A DNA stretch of 44,636 nt from a virus (IMGVR_UViG_3300017648_000193:1-44636), one strand, 5' to 3'; shown: positions 15,417-25,886, counted from the stretch's first letter. Numbers and translations: made by a program. The notes: a model not told the origin generated them from the sequence alone.

Positions 15417-18400
15417 ATGTCCACTCCTTTTGACCGGTTCCTTGGTGAGATGACATCCGGCATGGGCGTCAATACCGGAACCCAGCCGGTCGATCCGCGC
15501 CCGTGGTCTCCCGGCGCGGCTTCGTCCTCCCCGACTCCATCCATCCAGACGATGCCGCAGGACTTCATGGCGCTCATCCAGCAGGCGATCAGTCAGGTCC
15601 AGCCGGTCCAGGCACCTCCGCCACAGGCAGTGAACCCCGCCGCGATTCAGCAAGGGTTCCAGCGACCGAATCCTGCATTGGCCTCCACGCAGCCCATGAG
15701 CGGCGGCGGCGCTCAATCGTTCCAGCAGGACGAGCCGGAGATCACCGAGCCGTGGGTCATGGTGGAGTATCAGTCCGCCGACGGACCGACATGGTTCTAC
15801 ATCCCGGAGTCCAAGCTCTTTGAAGCCCCGGATGGCGTGCGTGTCCGGGAGGATACGCGCACCGACGACCCGGCGAGGATCGGGGCCGCGCGCGCGAACG
15901 GCTACACCTACGATCAGCAGTCGCCCGACGTGCAGAGTGCCTTCCGGACCGCGCAGGAGGTCTCCGACGCCCGGTATCAGAAGTCGCAGAACCCGCAGGA
16001 TGTCCCGGTCGGGCCGCTCCCCGATACACCATCCACAACCGCCAGCCTCACCCCCGAGCAGGAAGCCCAACGACGTCAGGCGCTCGGGATGACGGATGAC
16101 GAGGAGGCCCAGCACTTCGTGGTCGCGGACCTGAAGGCGCAGGCGGAGGCGTCAGGGGATACCGAACTGCTGCAAACGTTGGCGGTGCTCGAAGAGAACG
16201 GGATCACGGATTTCAACTCGACCGACATCCTGATGCAGAATCCGAGCACGGGCAAGCTGATGGCGGTCAGCCCGGAACAAACGGTCACAGACCCGGCGAC
16301 CGGCGAGACCACGCTGGCCTCTGCCCACGAGACGAACGAACCCGTCGGTACGCCGCTCCCGGCGCTGACCACGGACGATCTGCGAAAGACGAACCCGGCG
16401 GCGGCGAACGACCTGGAGAAGGCCGGGGTCTTCATGATCCGTCAGGGCCAAATGGCGATCCGCCTGCCGAACGGCATGGTCATGGTCGTCAACGATGTCT
16501 ACGACGTGCCAGAGGGCGGAGAAGTCCTTGCCTACGGTGGGAAGAGCGAAGAGCGTGCCGACCGTCGCCTGATCGACGGACCCGGCGATATCCTCAAGCC
16601 CCTCCCGATTGTGGCCAGCGGGATCAAGGACGCCGTGATCAACACCGCTGTGGGCGGCCTGGAACTGGCATCGAATATCTACGACAAGCCGCGTCAGTGG
16701 AAGACCGGGGAGAACGGCGAGGCCGCGTACCAGTGGGCAATCAGCGATGACCCGAACCCGTTCCAGTCTCCGCAGGGTCTCGGTTACAACACGGGCGGAT
16801 TCTCGCCGGATGGCGAGGGCGGTCTGGAGCGGGAGTCCAGCCCCGGATTCGAGGCGTGGGTCAATGACAACCGGGAGCTTGTCGCCAGCCTGTACGAGAA
16901 TGGATACACCGACCCCAAGACCGGTCGCACATTCGAGGGCGGTCAGGCCGTCTGGGAGCGGTACAGCGCCGACGCCCCGCTCTACCAGCGCATCGCTGAA
17001 TCAATCGTTGAAGACCCGCTCAACACACTTGCCGCTGCTTCCAGCGTGACCCGAGGGGCGGCCCGTGGTGTCGCCGGGTCGGCAGGAGATGTCTCGCGTG
17101 GCGCGATGGCATTGTCACGCGGTCTCTCGGGTGCCGCGCGCGTACTCGATCTCCCGGACGAGCTGATCGGAAAACCAATTGCTGCGATACCTGGAGTTCT
17201 CGGCAAAGGCGTCGCCGCCCTCCCACGAGACATTCCTCTGGGACGTGGCCGCTGGAACCCGGTCACGAAGACGATGGAGTATCCGAAGGTCCTCCCGGGG
17301 CCGGGCCGTCTTGTCGATCTCGCTGACCCGGCATCCGTCGCGGTGAACCGGGCGCAGCAAACCCTTCGCGACGTGATGAAGATGGGGCCAGAACAGGTTC
17401 CGGCAGGGCAACAGGGGCTCGGCCCCGCGCCTGCCCCACAGAACCCGGCGGCAGCACCCCCGAAGCCGGGAGGAGCGGGGCCAACACACGGGCAGATCAT
17501 TGAAGAGCCTGCCCTGCCGATGGAGGTCCGTCCCGATGCCGGGAGTAAAAAGAACCGGGGCAAGTCGCCGCTTCGCGTCACACCGCAGGAAGCGCAAGGT
17601 CTGATCCCGGACTCGATTCCTGACGGGCGGATGGCCGCACTCCCGGACGCCGATGGCATCTACCCGGACCTGACGCCTGACCAGATGCAGCAGATGAGCG
17701 TCGCGGAGATTTCCCGGTACGAGGCGATCAAAAACGGGTCGATTCCGCCAGAGCCCATGACGGTCCCCGTTCCGGAGTCGGCAACCCTGACGGGCGGCAC
17801 GGCTACCTCCCCGGAACGCGCGCTCAACAACGAAGGGCCGTTCCCCGACTGGCAAGCGCCTGAGCGTTTGACTGATCGAGGGAACACGCCGTTGCGCCCG
17901 ACACCGGAGACGGCACAAGGGAACGCCCCCGACCCGGTGCGACGTATGATCGAGCGCCAGCAGGCGGAGCAGGTATCGCTCCAGTCGCAGGAAAGCGCTG
18001 TCCGGAATCTCTCGCCAGGTGAGCAACTGGAACGCCGTCGTGCAGAGATGGCCGAGCGTGGCAACCCGATTACGGGAGAGCCGCAGCAGGTCATTCAGGA
18101 GTCGTCTCTCGGTCGCGCGATCGATGCCGACAGCTATCCGGAATGGGGATTCGCCGCGCCGCGAGAAGGCGAGGAAGCGGTTCAGGGGCAGCGTCGGATC
18201 GTGGACAAGGCATACGATCTCCGGTCGGAACATCCGGACCGATGGGAGGCCTTCCGCGACCTGCACGACGGGAACGCCCGTGACTTCGTGACCCGTCAGG
18301 GAGACGTTGACCCTCGCAATCTCTCGTGGAGCGACAAGCAGCTTCGCGCCGTGGACGAGGCGAACTACATCATCCACAACCTGATTCCGGACTACAACGA

Positions 18401-21400
18401 GGCATTCGCCGGAGTGAGCCGGGTCGAGCCGAATGACTTCCGACCGAAGTATCGTAACGGGTCGGTAAGCAAGGCCTTCGACGATGAGCTGATCGAGACC
18501 GCGATTTTCGGTGACGGACGCGCATCGGCATCGGCGCGGAACCAGTTGTCCGGTCGGGCCAACATGCAAGCGCGGCGCAAGGGTGACGACACGCTCAAGG
18601 CGCTGATGCCGGAGATCGACGATCTCCGCCGGTCATACCTCTCCCAAGTGGAAGACACGACGCAAAAGACACTTGCCGATGCCATGCAGGCGGGTGTCAA
18701 GAGCGGAACGACCGACATGGTGATCCGCGATCTGCCGATGAACAAGGTCAGGGCAGTCCGCGATCTGACGCCGGAGCAACGCGCCGACCTTGGCATCCCC
18801 GACTTCCAGATGCGAGAGGCCGACTTCGCCGAACAGTCGGTTAAGGATATCGTTGACAACTTCGACCCCAACCAGTTCGACCCGATCAAGGTCGTTGAAG
18901 GCAAGGATGGGAACTTCTATGTCACGTCCGGCCACAGCCGTCGCGAAGCGTTCCGCCGCATGGGACGCGAGACGATTCCGGCGCATATCCAAAGCGGCGA
19001 CATCGGTTCGATTACCCGGACCGCGAAGCTCTCCAATACCGCAGGAACCGCCCTCGACCCGATCAATCAGGGGCGCGTGGCACGGGAGCTGACCGCGCAG
19101 GGAGACACGCTGGATCAGGTCGCGTCATCAATGAAGATCAAGAAGTCCGAGGTCAATCGTTACATCGACGCATCCTACATCCCGCAAGGTCCGCTGTATG
19201 ACGCGGTTGTCGGGCAGCAGGTGCGTCTCGACATGGCATCGTCGCTCGGGAACGCTGTCCGGAAGGACATCATGTCGCCGCAGGAGGTCAACGACTTCTT
19301 CGTGCGAGTCGTTCTTCCCGAACGCCTGACCGCCGCCGATGTCCGGGCGGAGGTGATCGCGCACGCCCAGATGAAGGCGAAGTCCGGTCTGACGCAGGAC
19401 GCCTTCGGCTCCACCGGGTTCTGGGAGTCACGGCGGGAAATGGCATCGGTCCGCAAGGAACTTCGCAAGGAACGAACGAAGCTCAATCGCTGGAAGAACG
19501 TGGCGAAGGAATCCCGACTGTCCCGCGAGCAGGTCCGGCTTCGGCAGGAGGCGCAGTCCAATGTCGATGCGCTGGAGAAGCGACTGGCGGACATGACGGA
19601 GGCGCAGTATGTGCCGCTCGATTCCCCGGCCAGCATCGGCGATGACATCCTTCGCCCGAATGCGCCGGAGGGCACGCCCGCACCCGGAGAGACGATCCCG
19701 AGCGCGGATCGGTCCGCCGCCGATGTCATGCGAGATTCGGGAGCGCGAGGCCTGTTCGACATGGGCATCATCAACGATCCACGCCGTCAGGCAGAAGCGC
19801 TCCACGACGCAACGGTCGGCTGGTTGAGGGAGCGGGTCGCCAACCCGTACGCCTCCCCTGCCCCCAGCCGGATCGTCACCGACGACGCCGGGAGCGTCTA
19901 CTCCCTCCGGGGACGCCGACCCTCCAAGATGCTGCGGGATGTTCTCGATACCACGCTGGACGGTGGCGAGACCCTGGGCCAACGGTGGGAGCGCCGGGCG
20001 AACGAGCTCGAGACGTTCGGGCGACGCGATGACGCGGGGAAGATCACCAACACGAAACCCTTTACCGCTGCCGAGGCCGAGCAGGATGCCGCGGCGGAAG
20101 TGCTGGACGATCTTGCCATCCGCATCTTGAAGGAGAAGAAGCCCCGGCAGTACCAGCGGTATGCCGACGAGTACGCGCGGCTCTCGAAGACCCCACGGGG
20201 CGAGGACCGGATCGAGGCCGTGCGTCGCACGAAGGCGCTCGCGAAGTCTTACGGCAAGAACGTCCCGCTCGGGGTCTACGACGGGGCGCTCTCGGTCCTG
20301 CGCGAGATGGCCCTGTATGGCACCTACACCGGGTGGCGCTACATCCTGACGCAGGCGGTCGGCAACAGTATCACCCTGATGCTGACCGGGCATGGCGATG
20401 TCGTGCTCGATTCCCTGCGACCCCGGAACTACCGGGGGGCGCTGGCGGAGATTCGCGCCGGAGAGAACACGGCGGTGTCCAGTATCGCGGGACTCGCATC
20501 GGAGAAGGGTGTAACCGGGGCCGACGGCAAAACCATGCTGCGGGCGCTGGACGAGATCGGTGAGCTTCCGGCGGCCCTGATGCACGATGCCGCCGATGAC
20601 GTGCTTGCCGAACTCGGGCTGGCGGGGACTCGCGCCGATCTCGGGAGGCTGGTGAAAGATCAGATTTCGACGGTCCAGCGCGAGACGGCATCACAGGGGA
20701 TGCGGGCACGGGAGGTGGCCGACAACCTGCGGCTGGGACGAATGAAGCTGCCGAAGATGGGATGGGCGACCTCGCCGCTGGCCAACCGGCACATCCGGGA
20801 TTGGGCGAATGCCTTCGACCTGACGGCGCGCAAGACACTCTACGCCGACCAGATGCAGAAGGGCGTCGCCGCCATGCGGGGCGACCTGTACCAGCATATG
20901 CTCGCCCGGAAACCGGCGAACATCACCGAGGATTCGTTCAACGCCGTCTGGGAGAGGCTGCCGAACACCTTCGGGGCAGACCGGGTGCGAGAGACGTTCG
21001 CCAGCCTCGATGCCGGATGGGCCGAGCGCATGGCGCGTGACTGGCAGAACAGCATCCTCCACCTGGATGAGACGGCGCGGAAGGAAGTCCGCCGGGTCAT
21101 GTTCTCCGGCGAGGAAACGAACGCCGATGCGATCCTGCGCCGGACGATCTTCTTCCACTACTGGATGAGCCGCGCGGTCCCGCTCTACACGGCGTCGGTG
21201 GCCAAGCACCCCGGGATGATGAACGCCTACTTCAATGCAATGTCGGCGCTGGAACGGGACACGCAGGATGACAGCCCGAGCGTTCGCGGTCTGCTGAAGG
21301 TCATGAACTCGTGGCTGGGATGGAATATCTACATTCGCCCGGATGCGATGTTCCAGCTCTTCAATATCGTGGGCGACGGGTCGGCCTTCAACCCGGACAA

Positions 21401-22871
21401 CGAGAGTCCGGTCGGTCGCTTCATGCGCTCCACCGGTCTCTTCTGGAACCCGGTCGTGGCATCCGTCGCGAACTACGCCGGGCTGATGGGCGACACGTTC
21501 GCGCCGGACCCGCTCATGATGGGTCAGTGGACGAGCCTCGTGCAGCTCGGGGTAGATGCGATGAAGGATGCCGGATGGGTTCCGGACAGGACACCGACCG
21601 GGAACTTCTACACCGATATCAATGCCCGGGCGCGGGAGACGATCTCGGGCTGGACGGACGGATTCCTGCCGGGAGCCTCCCGCATCTTCGCCAACGACGC
21701 GACGGGATTCCCGCGCCGCGACCTGAACTTCCTGATTCAGGATGTGGCCGAGGAGCGAGGTCTCGACCCCAACGGACCGGAGGCGCAGGCGGCGATGGAT
21801 GACCCGGAGAGCGACCTCTATCAGGAGGCCTTCCACCGATTCGTGATGGGACGTGGCGCGGTCTCGCTGGCGCGGGTGTTCCCGACGTCGCTTTTCTACC
21901 CGAAGGCGCGGGTCGCCCGGGCCGACGAGGTGAGCAAGGCGATCCGGACGGCCACCGGGGACGAGCGACAGGCCCTGTATAACCAGCGCGACATCGCCAA
22001 CACTGGCGACCCGATGGCCCGGCGGCTGAAGACCGAGGCGAACGGCTACTACGACGTGGGCACCGACTTCGAGCGGAATGCTTACCGCACCTACAACCAG
22101 ATTCGCTACGGCGATCTCGATGGCTCGGTGGATATCGGCGGGATCAGCCGGAACGAGCGGGCACTATCCCAATTCGATGAAGACGACCGCAAGGCACTGG
22201 CCGATCAGTGGGCCGCGGAGAGCCGGAGTACCGAGGCGATCCAGTCCCTCCGGGACAAGCGGCAGGCGTTCCGCGAGGCGCATCCCGCATGGGATGCCTA
22301 CCTGACATGGTCGCAGCAGGTGCGGGACTACGACGGCGGTCCGTGGGTGTACTGGCGGGACATGTCCGAAGGGAACCCGAACGCGGCGCGGTGGCTGGAC
22401 GGCCAGAACGAGTTTGTGTCTCTGGACGAGATCGACCGGCAACTCACAGGGGTCGAGGCCTACATGGCCTTCAGCGGCGTGCAGCCGACGGTGTTCGACG
22501 CCAAACCGACCGCGACGAATACCCCGACCCCGCCGACCCCGTACAACCCGGCAGCGACGCAGGGATCGGGCGGCAGTTCGTCGTCCCAGAAGAAATCGCC
22601 GGAGTCCCGGATCGCGTCGGCGCTGGAATCGTACCGGACGGCCATGGACGAGTACAACGCGGCGGTGACGAACTACTACGGCTACCCGGTGGACATGGAC
22701 AACATCAACCCGATGGCGGCCAATGCCTATGCGGCGCACCTGCTGGACGCGGGGATCACCCGCCCCCCCCTCTCCAACGAGGCGCAATCCTACCTGAAGT
22801 GGGTCGCCGCCCAGCCGCCCGGCTCGGACACTAGCATCATGGCCTTCGTCAAATGGGCCGGATTGAAGTAA
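15417..22871 (+). CDS. Giant ejection/polyvalent-type internal virion protein (2484 aa) with ParB-like domain
   Basis: Size and position fit podovirus DNA-transfer proteins; FDPIKVVEGKDGNFYVTSGHSRREAF...SNTAG..LDPINQG...TLDQVASSMKIKKSEVNRYI reads as ParB N-terminal domain plus HTH. Confidence 0.8.
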   Translation: MSTPFDRFLGEMTSGMGVNTGTQPVDPRPWSPGAASSSPTPSIQTMPQDFMALIQQAISQVQPVQAPPPQAVNPAAIQQGFQRPNPALASTQPMSGGGAQSFQQDEPEITEPWVMVEYQSADGPTWFYIPESKLFEAPDGVRVREDTRTDDPARIGAARANGYTYDQQSPDVQSAFRTAQEVSDARYQKSQNPQDVPVGPLPDTPSTTASLTPEQEAQRRQALGMTDDEEAQHFVVADLKAQAEASGDTELLQTLAVLEENGITDFNSTDILMQNPSTGKLMAVSPEQTVTDPATGETTLASAHETNEPVGTPLPALTTDDLRKTNPAAANDLEKAGVFMIRQGQMAIRLPNGMVMVVNDVYDVPEGGEVLAYGGKSEERADRRLIDGPGDILKPLPIVASGIKDAVINTAVGGLELASNIYDKPRQWKTGENGEAAYQWAISDDPNPFQSPQGLGYNTGGFSPDGEGGLERESSPGFEAWVNDNRELVASLYENGYTDPKTGRTFEGGQAVWERYSADAPLYQRIAESIVEDPLNTLAAASSVTRGAARGVAGSAGDVSRGAMALSRGLSGAARVLDLPDELIGKPIAAIPGVLGKGVAALPRDIPLGRGRWNPVTKTMEYPKVLPGPGRLVDLADPASVAVNRAQQTLRDVMKMGPEQVPAGQQGLGPAPAPQNPAAAPPKPGGAGPTHGQIIEEPALPMEVRPDAGSKKNRGKSPLRVTPQEAQGLIPDSIPDGRMAALPDADGIYPDLTPDQMQQMSVAEISRYEAIKNGSIPPEPMTVPVPESATLTGGTATSPERALNNEGPFPDWQAPERLTDRGNTPLRPTPETAQGNAPDPVRRMIERQQAEQVSLQSQESAVRNLSPGEQLERRRAEMAERGNPITGEPQQVIQESSLGRAIDADSYPEWGFAAPREGEEAVQGQRRIVDKAYDLRSEHPDRWEAFRDLHDGNARDFVTRQGDVDPRNLSWSDKQLRAVDEANYIIHNLIPDYNEAFAGVSRVEPNDFRPKYRNGSVSKAFDDELIETAIFGDGRASASARNQLSGRANMQARRKGDDTLKALMPEIDDLRRSYLSQVEDTTQKTLADAMQAGVKSGTTDMVIRDLPMNKVRAVRDLTPEQRADLGIPDFQMREADFAEQSVKDIVDNFDPNQFDPIKVVEGKDGNFYVTSGHSRREAFRRMGRETIPAHIQSGDIGSITRTAKLSNTAGTALDPINQGRVARELTAQGDTLDQVASSMKIKKSEVNRYIDASYIPQGPLYDAVVGQQVRLDMASSLGNAVRKDIMSPQEVNDFFVRVVLPERLTAADVRAEVIAHAQMKAKSGLTQDAFGSTGFWESRREMASVRKELRKERTKLNRWKNVAKESRLSREQVRLRQEAQSNVDALEKRLADMTEAQYVPLDSPASIGDDILRPNAPEGTPAPGETIPSADRSAADVMRDSGARGLFDMGIINDPRRQAEALHDATVGWLRERVANPYASPAPSRIVTDDAGSVYSLRGRRPSKMLRDVLDTTLDGGETLGQRWERRANELETFGRRDDAGKITNTKPFTAAEAEQDAAAEVLDDLAIRILKEKKPRQYQRYADEYARLSKTPRGEDRIEAVRRTKALAKSYGKNVPLGVYDGALSVLREMALYGTYTGWRYILTQAVGNSITLMLTGHGDVVLDSLRPRNYRGALAEIRAGENTAVSSIAGLASEKGVTGADGKTMLRALDEIGELPAALMHDAADDVLAELGLAGTRADLGRLVKDQISTVQRETASQGMRAREVADNLRLGRMKLPKMGWATSPLANRHIRDWANAFDLTARKTLYADQMQKGVAAMRGDLYQHMLARKPANITEDSFNAVWERLPNTFGADRVRETFASLDAGWAERMARDWQNSILHLDETARKEVRRVMFSGEETNADAILRRTIFFHYWMSRAVPLYTASVAKHPGMMNAYFNAMSALERDTQDDSPSVRGLLKVMNSWLGWNIYIRPDAMFQLFNIVGDGSAFNPDNESPVGRFMRSTGLFWNPVVASVANYAGLMGDTFAPDPLMMGQWTSLVQLGVDAMKDAGWVPDRTPTGNFYTDINARARETISGWTDGFLPGASRIFANDATGFPRRDLNFLIQDVAEERGLDPNGPEAQAAMDDPESDLYQEAFHRFVMGRGAVSLARVFPTSLFYPKARVARADEVSKAIRTATGDERQALYNQRDIANTGDPMARRLKTEANGYYDVGTDFERNAYRTYNQIRYGDLDGSVDIGGISRNERALSQFDEDDRKALADQWAAESRSTEAIQSLRDKRQAFREAHPAWDAYLTWSQQVRDYDGGPWVYWRDMSEGNPNAARWLDGQNEFVSLDEIDRQLTGVEAYMAFSGVQPTVFDAKPTATNTPTPPTPYNPAATQGSGGSSSSQKKSPESRIASALESYRTAMDEYNAAVTNYYGYPVDMDNINPMAANAYAAHLLDAGITRPPLSNEAQSYLKWVAAQPPGSDTSIMAFVKWAGLK

Positions 22872-22922
22872 CGTTATGGCTATCTGGGGAATGGATACTG
22901 GTGTTCATCGGCGGAGGAAGTC

Positions 22923-23402
22923 ATGTTACCCAAAGAGGTCTACGATTCCCGCAAGGTTGACCGGCTGTATATCCCGATTGCGTCTCCCGAGACGCCGCTG
23001 TCCAGTCTGGTCATGGCTCCCCTTGGGCTCCGGGCCGCCGCGCTCATCATCGATGAGGTCGTCGTCTTCGCGACGGCAGTCATACTCGTCATGATGTACG
23101 AAGCGGACGGGGCCAAAGAGGACACAAAAGGGCTCTGGTTCATTGCGTGGATCACCTACTACCTCGTCTGTGAGAAATCCTGGGGCCGGACCATCGGCAA
23201 GAAGATCGTCGGGCTCCGCGTGATCGACATGCGAACCCAACAGCGGCCCTCGTTCGGACAGGTCCTTGGCCGTCAGATCAGCAAGATCGTCGATGGGATT
23301 CTGTTCGGCATGGTCGCGTTCTATTCCATCTCCCATTCGGAATACTCCCAACGTCTCGGGGACAGACTGGCATCAACCGTCGTTATCGTGAGCGATTCAT
23401 AG
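22923..23402 (+). CDS. RDD family membrane protein
   Basis: APLGLRAAALIIDE...GRTIGKKIVGLRVI...QRLGDRLASTVVI; GGAGG RBS. Confidence 0.9.
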   Translation: MLPKEVYDSRKVDRLYIPIASPETPLSSLVMAPLGLRAAALIIDEVVVFATAVILVMMYEADGAKEDTKGLWFIAWITYYLVCEKSWGRTIGKKIVGLRVIDMRTQQRPSFGQVLGRQISKIVDGILFGMVAFYSISHSEYSQRLGDRLASTVVIVSDS

Positions 23403-23438
23403 ACTCCCGAGACGAGACATTCAGCGTATCTCCACCCT

Positions 23439-23473
23439 GAAGTGGTCCGGCAGTTCAACTGCCGGACCACTTC
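23439..23473. repeat. 35-bp perfect palindrome, copy 2 (identical to copy 1)
   Basis: Followed by TATTGT at 23475. Confidence 0.95.
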
Positions 23474-23520
23474 TTATTGTCGGGCATGAGCGTCATCGGG
23501 ACGCGGTAAAGGAGATGCTG

Positions 23521-24267
23521 ATGGACCCCAACGTGTTTTTTAGCAATGGCAATCCGTCCGCTTCATCCCCCGATCTTGCCACGCAGGCGACGACTCCGGT
23601 GCAGGAGGCCGTCTCGCAGGTGCCAGGGTCCGCAGGTGAACCGGACCAGAGTCAGGATCAGGTCGATCCGAGGGTTGCCGAGCTGGAAGCCAGAGCCCAA
23701 CGCGCCGAGCAGGAAGCCCAGCAGTTTCGCTCCACGTTCAATCAGATCCGGACCGGGTTTGAGCAGATGCAGGCCGAGGCCGCATGGAAGCAACGCGAGG
23801 AGTCGATCTACAGCCGGGCGAAGGCAATGGAGCCGGACGAGGCGCTGATGTTCATCCGCCAGGAGGAAGCGTCCCTGCGTCGCGACCTCGAAGCGCAGGC
23901 TGAACATCGACGGCAAATGGTGGAGCGTCAGTTGGGGGCTCCGCTCTTTATTGACCATCTGGTCAAACAACACGGTCTTCCCGATGAGGCCCGGCAGGAG
24001 CTGATGAACTATGGGGACCCGAACGTGGCGGCGGCGCAAGCGCCCATCGTCAAGGCTCGGTACCAGCAAATCCAGAACCTGCAAAGCCAATTGAACCAGC
24101 TCTCCCGCTCGAATCAGGCCGGAGCGCTGCAACGCGCGGGGCTTGGAGCCAGCGGCGGCACCACACCGGTGCAAACGAAACCAATGGAATCAACCGGCGA
24201 TCCCGACCTCGACGCCATGATGATCTATCGGGCGATTCAGGACGGGACGTATCAGGCGTCGCAATAG
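23521..24267 (+). CDS. Capsid scaffolding protein
   Basis: Coiled-coil, Q/E/A-rich, directly upstream of the MCP; AAAGGAG RBS. Confidence 0.75.
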   Translation: MDPNVFFSNGNPSASSPDLATQATTPVQEAVSQVPGSAGEPDQSQDQVDPRVAELEARAQRAEQEAQQFRSTFNQIRTGFEQMQAEAAWKQREESIYSRAKAMEPDEALMFIRQEEASLRRDLEAQAEHRRQMVERQLGAPLFIDHLVKQHGLPDEARQELMNYGDPNVAAAQAPIVKARYQQIQNLQSQLNQLSRSNQAGALQRAGLGASGGTTPVQTKPMESTGDPDLDAMMIYRAIQDGTYQASQ

Positions 24268-24286
24268 CGCCGAAAGGAACTGAATC

Positions 24287-25519
24287 ATGGCTCAGCTCGT
24301 GGTTCGCGCGGCCCAGACGAACTATGAAACCGATGTGGCGGGTGGTACTCGCGATGTCGGCTTCAATGATCGCGATGTCGCGCCATTTATGGATGCTGTC
24401 GAGAATCAGGATACGATTTTCCTGAACAGCCTGAAGAAGGGCAAGCCGGGGAACCAGCGCAAGGAGCGCACCGGTATCCACGGTGTGACCCCGCGCGGGT
24501 CCGAAGTGGCCGCGTCGATCAATACCTCGACGGATACGATCACGGTGGTGACGAACCATGGCGTTCGGTTCCAGCAGGGGCACGTTCTCCGCGTGACCAA
24601 GACGACGACCGGCGAGTCGGAGCGCATGTGGGTGACGGAAGACCCCGGTGCATCCACGCTGAAAGTCAAGCGCGCCCGTGGCGGAACGACAGCCCTTTCG
24701 TTCACGAACGGTGACAAGATCAAGATCGTCGGGATTGCGATGCCGCAGTTGACCGACTTCCCGCTCGCACCGGTGAGCCGTGGTCGGACGTGGCACAACT
24801 TCTATCAGGAGTTCAGCAAGCACGTCATGATGTCCTCGCAGGCCCGGAAGACGCCAAACATGGAGTATCCGACCGGGGACTGGCTGGATCGCGACATGCT
24901 CCAGCTTGCCAAGGACATCAAGATGGACCTTGAGCAGGCGCTTCTCTCCGGCCGCAGGCAGGAAGGGAGCCCGAACCCGGCAGACCTCGACCCGTCGATG
25001 CTCGGTGGATTCGAGCAGTTCGCTGAACTGTCCGGCAACGTGTTCAACGTCGGCGGCAGCAGCACGAAGCTCTCGCTCGAACCGCTGGAGGACGCGCTGA
25101 TCCGGATGGATGAGCAGATCGGTTCCAATGCGGGCTCGAAGTTGCTGATGTCGATCCGGACCAAGCAAATCTTCAACCGTCTCGCCTACCCGTCCCGATA
25201 CCAGATGGGGATGAGCGGCGGTAAGGCGGAGACGCGATGGAACACGGTCCAGCTCGAAGTCGGCGATTACGAGTTCTCCCATGTCAAGGGGGTTCCGGAC
25301 GGGAAGATTTTCATCTACAACCCGTCGTGGCCCGAATACGCGCCATTCGATGGCCTTGACTGGAAGGAGAAGGAGGTCCCAACCAAGGGTAACTACGTCT
25401 GGAAGGGCATCTCCGGCACGTTCACGTACCGACCGGGCAAGGTCCCCGGATACGGCGTGATCCACAACTTCGACATCAACCTGGCGAACTACCCGCAGTG
25501 GGGCAAGCCCGCCGCCTAG
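24287..25519 (+). CDS. Major capsid protein (DUF5309/SU10-like) with inserted beta domain
   Basis: NFYQEFSKHVMMS...KDIKMDLEQALLSG...MLGGFEQF pattern; position after scaffold. Confidence 0.9.
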   Translation: MAQLVVRAAQTNYETDVAGGTRDVGFNDRDVAPFMDAVENQDTIFLNSLKKGKPGNQRKERTGIHGVTPRGSEVAASINTSTDTITVVTNHGVRFQQGHVLRVTKTTTGESERMWVTEDPGASTLKVKRARGGTTALSFTNGDKIKIVGIAMPQLTDFPLAPVSRGRTWHNFYQEFSKHVMMSSQARKTPNMEYPTGDWLDRDMLQLAKDIKMDLEQALLSGRRQEGSPNPADLDPSMLGGFEQFAELSGNVFNVGGSSTKLSLEPLEDALIRMDEQIGSNAGSKLLMSIRTKQIFNRLAYPSRYQMGMSGGKAETRWNTVQLEVGDYEFSHVKGVPDGKIFIYNPSWPEYAPFDGLDWKEKEVPTKGNYVWKGISGTFTYRPGKVPGYGVIHNFDINLANYPQWGKPAA

Positions 25520-25573
25520 GTGGTTGAGACGGGCGGAGCGTCATACCCCGCCCGTACGGGAAAGGACATCATC

Positions 25574-25840
25574 ATGGCGATCCTGCCAAAGAACATGATC
25601 ACCCAGCCGTATGCGAACGCACACGTTGCCTATCAGGCGGACAGCATCGCGACGAATGCCAGCACCAACGATGCATCGAAGACCGAGACGTCATGGCACA
25701 GCCAGTACGGCATCGAAGTCGAGCAGGATGACGAGACCCCGTTCGGCGTGACTGCCGTTGGCGAAGGGATCGTCCTCGTTACCGATGTCGCATCGGACAT
25801 GAAGACGAGGGCGGAAATCGAGGACAAGGTTTCCAGCTAG
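25574..25840 (+). CDS. Small acidic virion protein (possible capsid decoration)
   Basis: AAAGGA RBS; follows the MCP. Confidence 0.65.
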   Translation: MAILPKNMITQPYANAHVAYQADSIATNASTNDASKTETSWHSQYGIEVEQDDETPFGVTAVGEGIVLVTDVASDMKTRAEIEDKVSS

Positions 25841-25842
25841 CC

Positions 25843-25869
25843 GAGGGGCGGGGACTCCCCGTCCCTCTC
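25843..25869 (+). terminator. Hairpin after the capsid genes
   Basis: GAGGGGCGGGG-ACT-CCCCGTCCCTC. Confidence 0.5.
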
Positions 25870-25886
25870 CGTAAGGGGATGAGTTC

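Noticed and set aside
15417-22871. Tape measure protein or virion RNA polymerase
   Set aside because: No tail tube/chaperone genes or TMP repeats; no recognisable RNAP catalytic motifs.
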